Shown: positions 27,820 through 37,350 of the stretch, one piece after another
Position numbering within the stretch: the first letter of the stretch is position 1
How the letters are laid out: every line of letters begins with the position of its first letter
IMG/VR virus record: IMGVR_UViG_3300025168_000186
Coordinates: 1 to 42,025 of that record
Strand: one strand, 5' to 3'
From: a virus
Taxonomy: Duplodnaviria; Caudoviricetes
Length of the DNA: 42,025 bases
Made by a program: the position numbers and the translations under genes
The notes under the pieces: model-generated
Databases searched by the model: none
What the model was told of the DNA's origin: nothing
What the model saw: only the letters and a program-made list of their open reading frames with translations

Positions 27820-29514
27820 TTATCTATTTGGCAATCCATCCATATACATAATAGGGAAACAGTCATCTACAATATAAGCATTACCATCATCCGGAAATAC
27901 TATTTTTGTAAACAATATAGATTGATTCTCCAAAGTTACTGGGGCTTTTAAAAATCTTATACTTGCAATTCTATCATTACTATTCATAAGTACTGGTTTC
28001 CAATTTCCTGTTACTGTTGTTGGTATAGTATCAATACATTGAAAGAATACCGACATTTTGATAGTCTTTTTATTAAGGTCGGCTCTTTTCCATATTCTTA
28101 ATGTCATAGTATTATCAACTCTATTGAATCCAATATAGTAAGCATACCAATCATTCAATGGTACATTGATATCATAAACTTTACCAGCACATCTAAGTTT
28201 TGTTATTAGATTACCCGAAACATATAATTCAATTTTCTGACCTCCCCTGAATATTTCTCTCCAAGTATTGTTTTGATTTGTAGGTCTTATTTTTCCGTTG
28301 TACCAAAACATAAGACTAAGATTTTTACTTACATCTATTGTATCTTGATAGGTAATTAATTCTGTTGCAGTCGCACCATAAGCGGTTGCACCATTAACAG
28401 CGGTTGCACCCGGTATAACATATTCACCATCATTTTGTGTTAAGTCATAATGATACTTACTAAAAACTGTAAAGTAATTAGTTAAGTTTTCTTCTTTAAC
28501 ACCATTTGGTTCCCAAAGTAAGTTTACAGTTTCTCTCACATTATCACTAAGGTTAACAGCTCTAACAACATATTGTTCTTCTTTGACTATACTTGCTTCT
28601 TCAATTTCTCTTTCTGCTTCAAAACCTACGTCTTCAAAATTAAGAGTTAATTCATCTATTGTAGTTTGAATATCTGAATCTTTTATTATAGAATCGGATT
28701 CGTTCCATTTTACTAATGTTCCTTTCCACCAATTAGATTGTCTCATGAAATCTTTAGATTCTTGAGCTGAATTTATTCTATACATTCTACCTTCTAATGG
28801 AAAATATAAGAAATCTTTTTCTGCTGGTTGTTCATAAGTTCCGAATGCGGTCCAAAAAGATTCTTTAGATATTTGAAATTCTAATTCATCAGCAAAGTCA
28901 ATATCGAATTCTGTAAATTGAAAATCCCCAGAACCAAAATCATTTCCTGGAACAACAACTTTTATTTGTTTACATTCTCTAACTTCTAATAAAGACCATT
29001 CTTTGAATACAACATCTCTTGATTGTTCAACAGGGTCACATTTAAAATACACAACTGGCCATCCAAATCTATTGAATACACTTTGGGACATCTTTTGCCA
29101 TATACCTACACTTGCAAGTGCATTTGAATATTCATATTGATTGTTATTTCCGCAATCAACAATAAAAGAATCTTCACTATATTTTATAACTGAACAAAGG
29201 CAATCACCTAATAATTCACCACCAGTCCATTCTAAATCTATTCCTGTAAAATTCCAAGATGTATCCGATTTTACTCTGAATCCAAACCAAGTAAGTTCTC
29301 CAGGATTTAGATTCCAATCCGGCCAAGATATCCATTCAGACCAAACATTTCCATCATTTGAATAACGATATTCTATTACAATATTCTTTGCACTATTACC
29401 TAATGCAACTATACTTGTTAATCTTTCTAATGTTTGTATAGGTGTATCAAGTTCTAATAATACGAACTCATCACACTTAACGGATTTCTTTGTTTCGATT
29501 TTATATGTTGGCAT
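27820..29514 (-). CDS. Neck/head-completion protein (T4 gp14-like core) with extra N- and C-terminal domains
   Basis: FGWPVVYF...FQFTEFDIDFADELEFQIS...PAEKDFLYFPLEGRMYRI resembles gp14; the C-terminus looks LamG/ConA-like. Confidence 0.72.
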   Translation of the reverse strand: MPTYKIETKKSVKCDEFVLLELDTPIQTLERLTSIVALGNSAKNIVIEYRYSNDGNVWSEWISWPDWNLNPGELTWFGFRVKSDTSWNFTGIDLEWTGGELLGDCLCSVIKYSEDSFIVDCGNNNQYEYSNALASVGIWQKMSQSVFNRFGWPVVYFKCDPVEQSRDVVFKEWSLLEVRECKQIKVVVPGNDFGSGDFQFTEFDIDFADELEFQISKESFWTAFGTYEQPAEKDFLYFPLEGRMYRINSAQESKDFMRQSNWWKGTLVKWNESDSIIKDSDIQTTIDELTLNFEDVGFEAEREIEEASIVKEEQYVVRAVNLSDNVRETVNLLWEPNGVKEENLTNYFTVFSKYHYDLTQNDGEYVIPGATAVNGATAYGATATELITYQDTIDVSKNLSLMFWYNGKIRPTNQNNTWREIFRGGQKIELYVSGNLITKLRCAGKVYDINVPLNDWYAYYIGFNRVDNTMTLRIWKRADLNKKTIKMSVFFQCIDTIPTTVTGNWKPVLMNSNDRIASIRFLKAPVTLENQSILFTKIVFPDDGNAYIVDDCFPIMYMDGLPNR

Positions 29515-29547
29515 CTAAGAAATATTCTTTTCTTATTTAATTAAACA

Positions 29548-29574
29548 AAAAAAGACACCCGAAAGTGTCTTTTT
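29548..29574. terminator. Bidirectional intrinsic terminator
   Basis: aaaaagacac-ccgaaa-gtgtcttttt. Confidence 0.8.
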
Positions 29575-29575
29575 A

Positions 29576-30322
29576 TTACTGATTTGTTTGTGCCAATAAG
29601 TTAACTATTTTATTTGGGTCTTTCCTATCTTCCCATTTAATTAGCTTCCTGTTGAAATCACTTACTGTATGAATTGCTTTACCTTTTCTTGCTTTCCACT
29701 TGTTAGTAAAGAAAGGTCTTTCTGGTCCACCTCTATGTTCAATATAATAATCACAAGTCTTTTCCCATTCTGCAATAGAAACCGCTTTGCCATAGTGTTG
29801 AATGAATCCACCTACTACTGCATTTCTAAATCCAATAGGTTGTCGGTCATAGAATACAATGCCCGGTTTGGGTCTAAACAACATCATTATATCTCTGTAT
29901 TCCGGCCCCATCCATTCTCTTTCTAAGTAATTCTTATCAACATCATCTTTTGTAATATAATAATCAAATAATCTCATATAGTAAGAATCAATTCTATCAT
30001 CTTCTAAGTTTATACCATCGAAATCTGCAATTTCGTCCGAATCAAAATAATAAACCCAATCCGGATTGCTTTTTAAACTTTCTTCATAAATAATTTGACG
30101 CAAACTACCTTCTGCTTTTGCTCTACCATTCGAATCACTTGACCAAGAAGTTCCTCTTATTACCTTAACAACTGATGGATGATTCTCACATATATTAGGC
30201 GTTTCGTCTGTACTACAATCGTCATATACATAAATCTCATCAACTAATGTTGCAACATGGTCTAATGTATTCTTAATGATTTCTTGTTCGTTTCTAACTC
30301 TTGTTATTCCTACTATTTTCAT
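29576..30322 (-). CDS. Glycosyltransferase family 2
   Basis: RVRNE, VYDDCSTDET and DWVYYFDSDE motifs. Confidence 0.88.
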   Translation of the reverse strand: MKIVGITRVRNEQEIIKNTLDHVATLVDEIYVYDDCSTDETPNICENHPSVVKVIRGTSWSSDSNGRAKAEGSLRQIIYEESLKSNPDWVYYFDSDEIADFDGINLEDDRIDSYYMRLFDYYITKDDVDKNYLEREWMGPEYRDIMMLFRPKPGIVFYDRQPIGFRNAVVGGFIQHYGKAVSIAEWEKTCDYYIEHRGGPERPFFTNKWKARKGKAIHTVSDFNRKLIKWEDRKDPNKIVNLLAQTNQ

Positions 30323-31206
30323 AATCCTAAATATTTTTCTATTTGTATATCCATATTAAAATTCTTCAATGCATAATCTCTAAAATAATCACCTAGTGTG
30401 TCATCATACTTAGCAAATTCATCAAGTACCATTTGTTCATCAAAACGCAATTTTAACGCTCGACCACTACAATTATTTTCTAATGATTTGTCAATAGTAT
30501 CCGGTGTTAATAATCCATCTCCTACCATTCCTTGACCTGAATATCCTCTATTATCTAATATAAATACCGGACGACCACAAGCCATTGATTCATAGGCACC
30601 TCTACCTAATGTAACAACTAAATCAGCTTCTTGAATCTTTTTTTCGATGTCAAAAATAGGATTGATATACTTATTATGCCATTCAAATTCTACACCTACT
30701 TTTGCACAAGCATTGGCAATTAATTGATTAACACCTTGGTCGTGTGCCAAAGAAAAAACCTTTTTCAATTTTTTATTTATTGGTTTAATAGGTATAAATC
30801 TATCACAATCAACACCATTGTGTATGATAGTAGATTCCATTCCTTTACTTTTGATATGCGTTTGAACTTCTTGTGATATTGCAACTAAGTTTGTAACATT
30901 AGGGTCTGGTTGTTCTAATTCTGGATATATACCATGACAAGTTTGAATTGATTTGTTTGCAACTTGATGTGTGTATTGTGTTGTAGATAAATGTGAAGAA
31001 AGTGCAACATCGTAACCTCTATTCAATTTGGTTGTGAATATTTTTACTCCTAATTTCTTGACTTCATCTCCTACCATTGTTACTGGTCCTGTTGTAAATG
31101 CATCTACATCATATCCGTGTTTTTTCAAGGTAGCAATAACACAATATGCATAAGTTTCACTACCTCCAGTAAAGGAAAATGTATTGTTTGATACTAATAT
31201 TTTCAT
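30319..31206 (-). CDS. GT-B fold (GT4-like) glycosyltransferase
   Basis: MKIL...GGSETY, TCHG, IHNGVDCDRF and ADLVVTLGRGAYESMACGRPV motifs. Confidence 0.88.
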   Translation of the reverse strand: MKILVSNNTFSFTGGSETYAYCVIATLKKHGYDVDAFTTGPVTMVGDEVKKLGVKIFTTKLNRGYDVALSSHLSTTQYTHQVANKSIQTCHGIYPELEQPDPNVTNLVAISQEVQTHIKSKGMESTIIHNGVDCDRFIPIKPINKKLKKVFSLAHDQGVNQLIANACAKVGVEFEWHNKYINPIFDIEKKIQEADLVVTLGRGAYESMACGRPVFILDNRGYSGQGMVGDGLLTPDTIDKSLENNCSGRALKLRFDEQMVLDEFAKYDDTLGDYFRDYALKNFNMDIQIEKYLGL

Positions 31207-31274
31207 ATGTTTATAGTTTAGCGAGTATGTAATTTCATATTAATGTATTCTGGTTGACATAATAATCAGCACTA

Positions 31275-31715
31275 TTATTTTTTGATATCATAATCTAATT
31301 TCATTAAAATATTTGTATTGTCTTTTTCTATTACCTTGAAATTTAATTTGTTATATATGTAAATTGCTCGTTCATTATGAGGTAATACTTCTAAGTATAA
31401 GGTATTTATACCTTTTTCTAAATGCAATTTTTTCATAAATTTTACATAGGATATCGTTGCCCATCCTTGCCCCCTAAAATCTGGGTGTATGTCCATACCT
31501 ATGTAACAAGTATCATCTATATAATTTGATGTTCTAAAATAACCTATTTTCTTAATGCCTATACTAACAATATAGTAAACATTCGGGGTTTCATTAAACC
31601 ATTTTTTTACTTGTTCAAAGGTGTACTTTGTTTTATCGTGTAAGAATTCAACACTTTTGTTTCTAACCTCAGTAAAGAATTCTAAATCGTTTTTTGTCAT
31701 CTTTCTTATAACCAC
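31275..31715 (-). CDS. GNAT N-acetyltransferase (PseH/RimJ-like)
   Basis: IHPDFRGQGWA, LEVLPHNERA and YNKLNF motifs; located in the sugar operon. Confidence 0.82.
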   Translation of the reverse strand: MVIRKMTKNDLEFFTEVRNKSVEFLHDKTKYTFEQVKKWFNETPNVYYIVSIGIKKIGYFRTSNYIDDTCYIGMDIHPDFRGQGWATISYVKFMKKLHLEKGINTLYLEVLPHNERAIYIYNKLNFKVIEKDNTNILMKLDYDIKK

Positions 31716-32491
31716 AATTCCTTTGCTTTTAGTAATAATGAATCATATTCTGTAAAACTTAATATGTTGGAATCCGATAGAAGTCGTAACCAAGAATTAG
31801 TATCCCAAACTCCCCTGTTTGCCGATGGTGCATTTGGTGACTTATATATCAACAAATCCCCACCAAAATATGCGGGAATAACACAATCTCCAGCCGGAGA
31901 AATATGTTTATCTGAATTTGCTAATATCTTAAATTGCAATTCGTTATAAGAATCTTTTGTATCGTTATATAAATCTTTAATCCAAATAACATTCGAAAAT
32001 TCACTCAATACTTGTTCATCTCCAATATCCATAACATTTTGATTATTGTCTTTAGTTATATTCGAACAGTCAAATGGTCTGATGTAAATTATTTGATATT
32101 TTTCTTGAAAGGTTTCAAATATATTTCTAAGAGTATCAGCATCTAAATAATTTTTAGGAAACTGTAACCATTCTTGCGTATTCTTATTGTTGATTGTCAA
32201 TATTGGTTTATCAAAAACAATTTCGTTATTTTTATATTGTTCTTTTAGTTTCGGAGGTTCCCAATCTTTTTGTGTAAATTGTGGTGCATTAAAATCATAA
32301 CATTGAAAATGATATTCAAATATAGTACCATCGTGTTTGTCTAACTCTTCGTGATTTTCTGAAAAATAAAACAAAGGTTTAGTTCCTAATCTACTACTCG
32401 TTTTTCCTAACCTACCTTGTTTATGCAATGAATATGCATTAGGTAAAAAGTACATTAGGATGAACCCAAATTCTTTATAAGTATTGTACAT
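31706..32491 (-). CDS. Putative glycosyltransferase-like protein
   Basis: EFG..L...P.AY N-terminus, GT-B-like C-terminal half, operon context. Confidence 0.45.
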   Translation of the reverse strand: MYNTYKEFGFILMYFLPNAYSLHKQGRLGKTSSRLGTKPLFYFSENHEELDKHDGTIFEYHFQCYDFNAPQFTQKDWEPPKLKEQYKNNEIVFDKPILTINNKNTQEWLQFPKNYLDADTLRNIFETFQEKYQIIYIRPFDCSNITKDNNQNVMDIGDEQVLSEFSNVIWIKDLYNDTKDSYNELQFKILANSDKHISPAGDCVIPAYFGGDLLIYKSPNAPSANRGVWDTNSWLRLLSDSNILSFTEYDSLLLKAKELWL

Positions 32492-32493
32492 AT

Positions 32494-33192
32494 TTATTTA
32501 TGGATAGGTATTGATTTAATTAATAGTGGAAGTTTATTGTTGGTGTATATTCTCGGGTTGTTAATTTCAAATGCTCTTTGAAATTCAGTATATCCAACAT
32601 CTGTAATGTCTGTAAATTTGTTTTCTAAAAAATTTAGAAAAGTTAGTTGACACTTACCAAATTTTGCATAATTATAAGTACCGGCTATAGTACTATCTAC
32701 ATTCAAATCAAAAAGTCTATCGTGTTTTTTTAAAGTAGGAAAAACTAAGGAATTTTTAAATAGACCATTAGATATTGAAGCGTGATTGTTGACCCAATAT
32801 GATGCAACAAAACTGTGATTTTCTATCTTTTGTAAAAAGAAACTTATTGTATTTTTAAGATTGGGTATATAGTCATCTTCTATTAAAAAAGAATAATCAT
32901 AATCTTTATAGGTTTCTATGATTCCTTTTTCCCAAGCACCATAAGAACCATATGTATTTTTTCTAACAAATAAATTTCCTTTTAAGTTACTTTTTTCTAT
33001 GAATTCATTTATAGTATCAATACAGTATTTGTCATCTTCAATATCAGATTCGTTGATTACAAAAGTAAACCCACTAATGTTTTCGGGTTCCTTAGATAAA
33101 TATTTTATGTGTTCATTTAAGAACTTTTTAAATTGAGTTTTACCTCCAGTTCTTCTAATACCACAATATAGAGCTACAATATAATTTACCAT
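32494..33192 (-). CDS. Putative GT-A glycosyltransferase-like protein
   Basis: N..GSYGAW...YDYSFLIEDDY motif. Confidence 0.6.
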   Translation of the reverse strand: MVNYIVALYCGIRRTGGKTQFKKFLNEHIKYLSKEPENISGFTFVINESDIEDDKYCIDTINEFIEKSNLKGNLFVRKNTYGSYGAWEKGIIETYKDYDYSFLIEDDYIPNLKNTISFFLQKIENHSFVASYWVNNHASISNGLFKNSLVFPTLKKHDRLFDLNVDSTIAGTYNYAKFGKCQLTFLNFLENKFTDITDVGYTEFQRAFEINNPRIYTNNKLPLLIKSIPIHK

Positions 33193-34382
33193 CCTTTTTT
33201 TATTACATCAACTATATATTGTCTATCTTCTTTTGATACCCACCATCCAACTGGAATCGCAGTTAACTTACCTTTGATACTATCTAAGTTAGGTAATGAA
33301 CTTCTAAATTCACTTAAACAACTATGAATATCATTTCTTTCATGAACTTGACTTGTAGCAATACCATGTTCTTTCATATGTTTAGTAAACTTATCTTTAT
33401 CATCAACTAACAAAGAATAAATCCAATATGCACTTTCCATTCTTGTATCTCTTTCTAATAGAGTAATTCCAGATATTCCCTTTAATGCATCATCATAGAA
33501 CTTACCATTTGAAATGTGTTTATCTATAACATCTTTTTGAACATTTTCAAGGTTTGACATACCAATAGATGCACTGACATCGTTCATGTGAAATTTGAAT
33601 CCCCATTCTGGAATGTCGGCTTCACATCTAAAATCTTTTCTATCAGATTCTCTATCTATACCATACCATCTTAATAACTTTGACCTATTGTATAAATTCT
33701 TGTGAGGAACAATTAAACAACCACCATCTACTGAAGTTAAATGTTTAATTGCTTGAAAACTAAATGTGCATATGTTTCCGTGGGAACCTATAATCTTATC
33801 ATTAAATTTACTACCTAATGAATGAGCACAATCTTCTATGACCGCAGGTTTAAATCCGAAATTAAGTTTTGCTTTTCTTTGTATTTCTTTTACCTTATCT
33901 AAATCCACAGGATAACCTCCCCAATGTACTAAGAATATAACTTTAGTTTTACTTGTAATTTTTCGAGATAGGTCATCTAAATCCATATTTAAAGTTTTAG
34001 GGTCAATATCAACCCACTTAATCTTTAAATTGTTGGCCAAAATAGGAAAATTAGTTGCAGTACAAGTCAATGCTGTTGCCAAAACTTCGTCACCATCTTG
34101 AATACCTGGCCATTTAGATTCTATTCTAGCGAGACCTCCGAATATTTCAGAATTTTCTTGTGGGGTTTTTAACATATGCAATGCTAAATGTTCTGCCGAT
34201 GTTGCAGAATTTGTTGTTGCAACATAATCAGAATTAAAAAAAGTTTTTAATTTCTTTTCAAATTTATCAACTACTGGTCCTTGACCTATAAACCCAGAAT
34301 CTATAACTTTTGCTGCATCCTTTGATGCATTTTTAGACATATATACTTTAAATAGTGGGATATTCTTTTTAGAATCTTTCAT
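33186..34382 (-). CDS. DegT/DnrJ/EryC1/StrS PLP-dependent sugar aminotransferase
   Basis: GPVVDKFE, NSATSA, GDEV, VHWGG, IEDCAHS and FSFQAIKHLTSVDGG (catalytic Lys) motifs. Confidence 0.95.
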   Translation of the reverse strand: MKDSKKNIPLFKVYMSKNASKDAAKVIDSGFIGQGPVVDKFEKKLKTFFNSDYVATTNSATSAEHLALHMLKTPQENSEIFGGLARIESKWPGIQDGDEVLATALTCTATNFPILANNLKIKWVDIDPKTLNMDLDDLSRKITSKTKVIFLVHWGGYPVDLDKVKEIQRKAKLNFGFKPAVIEDCAHSLGSKFNDKIIGSHGNICTFSFQAIKHLTSVDGGCLIVPHKNLYNRSKLLRWYGIDRESDRKDFRCEADIPEWGFKFHMNDVSASIGMSNLENVQKDVIDKHISNGKFYDDALKGISGITLLERDTRMESAYWIYSLLVDDKDKFTKHMKEHGIATSQVHERNDIHSCLSEFRSSLPNLDSIKGKLTAIPVGWWVSKEDRQYIVDVIKKGW

Positions 34383-34411
34383 ATTTGTTAACGTTATATA
34401 CTATTTAAAAC

Positions 34412-34451
34412 AAAAAAAAGAGGATAATATTTTACTACTATCCTCTTTTTT
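34412..34451. terminator. Intrinsic terminator ending the leader-cassette array
   Basis: aaaaaagaggata...tatcctctttttt. Confidence 0.7.
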
Positions 34452-34466
34452 ACTATTTTATTTTTA

Positions 34467-35276
34467 CTATATTGAATTTCTAAGTCTTGCTAAAATATCT
34501 TTTTGTCTAGAAACATTTCCACCACTTGACATAACAGCATCTGCTAACCATTTTGCAGCACCTTTTTTATTTTTAACTCCTTTGTCGTATTTGATAATTG
34601 CATCTACTAAATACTTATCACCATCAGTAACTATTTCAGCACTGAATTGTACATCATCGGCATCCAATTTTTGTGTGCCCCAATTTGATTGTTCATCAGC
34701 TAAACTTTCTATAAAGTTTAACAATTGTTGATTTGAATAATCCAAAGCACCTTCGTTCAAGAATTCTTTATTTCCATTTAGTACAGCATTAGTAATACTC
34801 AATCTATCTTTTAAACTTCCTTTCTTTGCAAATGTAAAAAGTTTCTTTGCAAATTTAACATCACCTCCTATAAAATCTATAACTGCAGTAACTCTTAATC
34901 CTGTATAGTGTGCAATATCTTTTGATAAAGAATCTACTAGATTTTGTCCAGATTGACTTTCGTTTATTCCTTTCTTAATATTATCAAGTTTTTTCTTTGC
35001 TTCTTCAATATCCTTTTCTATAAACTTAATAAACTTTGGATTGGTTTCAGCTTCTAATTCTTTGTGTAAGTCAATAAGATACATTGCCATATTGTTCATA
35101 TCTCTTTGTTTACCTTCGTTCATTTCTTGATGTTTGATATACATCTCTTTATATTCTTTTATTTTCTTATTACTCAAAGAAGAAAATTGAAACCAAGTCA
35201 TTCCATAATAACTTGCAACAGCTTTTAGGTCTACTGATTTTTTCTTTTCGTTCAGAAATTCGTTTAATGGTTTCAT
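34467..35276 (-). CDS. Leader-bearing putative internal polyprotein
   Basis: MKPLNEFLNE; internal EMNE/G, GINE/S and EFLNE/G. Confidence 0.8.
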   Translation of the reverse strand: MKPLNEFLNEKKKSVDLKAVASYYGMTWFQFSSLSNKKIKEYKEMYIKHQEMNEGKQRDMNNMAMYLIDLHKELEAETNPKFIKFIEKDIEEAKKKLDNIKKGINESQSGQNLVDSLSKDIAHYTGLRVTAVIDFIGGDVKFAKKLFTFAKKGSLKDRLSITNAVLNGNKEFLNEGALDYSNQQLLNFIESLADEQSNWGTQKLDADDVQFSAEIVTDGDKYLVDAIIKYDKGVKNKKGAAKWLADAVMSSGGNVSRQKDILARLRNSI

Positions 35277-35281
35277 ATCTA

Positions 35282-35737
35282 TTATTTATTTATTTTATAA
35301 ACTTCTCTAGGAATTACATAATATTCTACTTGAACTTCATATTCAGAATATTCGTCTATATCATCTGGATAAATTGTAGTTATAGAACCTTCTCCTCTAC
35401 CACCAGCATCACTAACAAAATGAATTTTTCCTTTACCGTCAGGAACGTAATCATCACCATTATCTATTTTAGCATATTTGGTATTCCCAGTATATCCATG
35501 GTGGATTGCTAATCTAAATAAATCTCTTGGTGTTACTCTACGCCCTAAAACATTTACACGAACTCTAATTTCCCCAGATTTAGTAATAAAGAATTCTCTC
35601 TGAACAAAAATTCCTTTAGACTGATAATCTTTTGTTTTCAATTCTTTATTCATTTTAACTAGGGTCTTTTTATCAATCCCCAGTTTCTTTGCGTTCATAT
35701 CATCACTCTCATTTAAAAATTCGTTTAATGGTTTCAT
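35282..35737 (-). CDS. Leader-bearing putative internal head protein
   Basis: MKPLNEFLNE. Confidence 0.8.
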   Translation of the reverse strand: MKPLNEFLNESDDMNAKKLGIDKKTLVKMNKELKTKDYQSKGIFVQREFFITKSGEIRVRVNVLGRRVTPRDLFRLAIHHGYTGNTKYAKIDNGDDYVPDGKGKIHFVSDAGGRGEGSITTIYPDDIDEYSEYEVQVEYYVIPREVYKINK

Positions 35738-35747
35738 AATCTATTAT

Positions 35748-36053
35748 TTATTTAAAATATAATTTAATTAAAATCTTATAGTTCCAATGGTCATATCCGA
35801 CAATATGTTCTTTTTTCTTATCAATTATTACATAACAATCATCTTCACCACCATTACCGTCAAAATAATCACCATTAACTATAACATATTGTTTATTTTC
35901 TTTAATAGGGGAATCAATTTGTGATTTGTCAACTTTAATATATGCGTTACTTGGTGTATCAATATATATGTTTAAAGTATTATCTCTTTGGTCTTCCCAA
36001 GTTTTCCCCTTAAAGTTGTTTTCTTCGTTCAAAAATTCGTTTAATGGTTTCAT
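35748..36053 (-). CDS. Leader-bearing putative internal head protein
   Basis: MKPLNEFLNE. Confidence 0.8.
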   Translation of the reverse strand: MKPLNEFLNEENNFKGKTWEDQRDNTLNIYIDTPSNAYIKVDKSQIDSPIKENKQYVIVNGDYFDGNGGEDDCYVIIDKKKEHIVGYDHWNYKILIKLYFK

Positions 36054-36062
36054 ATCTATTGT

Positions 36063-36419
36063 TTATTTTTTCCAAAAGTAATACATTTCATATTGACGGT
36101 CCTGAAATTGAACAATTCCGACTTTTTTATTTAACCCATATATGTTACCTAAACCATCGTCTGCCCAAACTTGTGGGTCGTATCCTTTATTGAAAGCTTT
36201 TTCGACTTTGTTAAATACCATTTTATCTACATGTTTACTATTACCAGATTTGTTATATAATGCCTGATTGCTATTTACAGATAAAATATCTGATGCTTTT
36301 TTAGCACCTAAAATTGACATAATATGTTTAATAGTTTCTGGTTCAAATGGACCATCCGTGATATTATAATTTGATTCAGAACTAAAGGATTCATTTAAAA
36401 ATTCGTGTATTGCTTTCAT
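36063..36419 (-). CDS. Leader-bearing putative internal head protein
   Basis: MKAIHEFLNE. Confidence 0.8.
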   Translation of the reverse strand: MKAIHEFLNESFSSESNYNITDGPFEPETIKHIMSILGAKKASDILSVNSNQALYNKSGNSKHVDKMVFNKVEKAFNKGYDPQVWADDGLGNIYGLNKKVGIVQFQDRQYEMYYFWKK

Positions 36420-36455
36420 ATCTATTATTTATTTTAATCGTATCTATTATTTAAT

Positions 36456-37052
36456 TTAATCGTATCTTTCTTCATCTTTTCTAATGAAAAAATCATAACC
36501 CCAATCGTTTCCTTTATCACCTTCTCTTGCAAGTACAATTTCTTTACTTCCATACCAATCTGTAAAAAAGTTGCGAGGATATTCAGTAATCGAATCTAAT
36601 TCTTTTGTTATCTTTTTCCAATTTAATTTTCCTGGCCAATCACCGTACCTTTTGATTAGTTCAGGTAAAGTTTCAAAACCTTGTTCGAACCCACCACTAC
36701 CATCAGCACCTCTTTTAATGAAAACATATCTATATTTAGGTATGTCTGGTTGTCTTATAGTTAAACTAACCCATTCGTCAACTTCTTCAATTTGAAATTT
36801 TAAATCTGGAAATTTCTTAGAAAGAATCTTTTCAACTCTTTTTACTTCTTTAACATCGGCAGAACCGGTTGTTTCACTTCCAACATTACCATTTTCTCTT
36901 GTTTGAAGCATAACTTCGTCAGTATGATAAGTAAAATCTTCATCATAAATATCCATATAAGTTTTAGTAGCTTTTATGGCATCAAGTAACTTTTTGTGAG
37001 TTCTACTTTCAAAATTAGTACTTTCATTAAGAAATTCGTTTAATGCTTTCAT
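36456..37052 (-). CDS. Leader-bearing putative internal head protein
   Basis: MKALNEFLNE. Confidence 0.8.
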   Translation of the reverse strand: MKALNEFLNESTNFESRTHKKLLDAIKATKTYMDIYDEDFTYHTDEVMLQTRENGNVGSETTGSADVKEVKRVEKILSKKFPDLKFQIEEVDEWVSLTIRQPDIPKYRYVFIKRGADGSGGFEQGFETLPELIKRYGDWPGKLNWKKITKELDSITEYPRNFFTDWYGSKEIVLAREGDKGNDWGYDFFIRKDEERYD

Positions 37053-37350
37053 ATCTATATATTGTCATTTTTCATTTTTTATTATTTATTTTAATCTTAT
37101 TCAGATTCAAATGATACATTTATATTTTTTTTAATGAATATTTTATCTAATTCTTTTTCTAAGTTATCTAAATTATCTTCTATAAAAGTAAAATAATCTG
37201 ATTTATCTTCTGCAGTAAACTCAGAAGTTTTTAACCACTTTTTTATTTTATCATGGTCAGAGGGTGTCGAACCAATTACAATTAATGTGTTTGGTTTACT
37301 TTCATTAAGAAATTCGTTTAATGCTTTCATATCTATATATTGTCATTTTT
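37019..37350. repeat. 54-bp exact direct repeat flanking a cassette (37019-37072 and 37297-37350)
   Basis: tactttcattaagaaattcgtttaatgctttcatatctatatattgtcattttt at both sites. Confidence 0.92.
37097..37330 (-). CDS. Leader-bearing putative internal head protein
   Basis: MKALNEFLNE. Confidence 0.8.
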   Translation of the reverse strand: MKALNEFLNESKPNTLIVIGSTPSDHDKIKKWLKTSEFTAEDKSDYFTFIEDNLDNLEKELDKIFIKKNINVSFESE

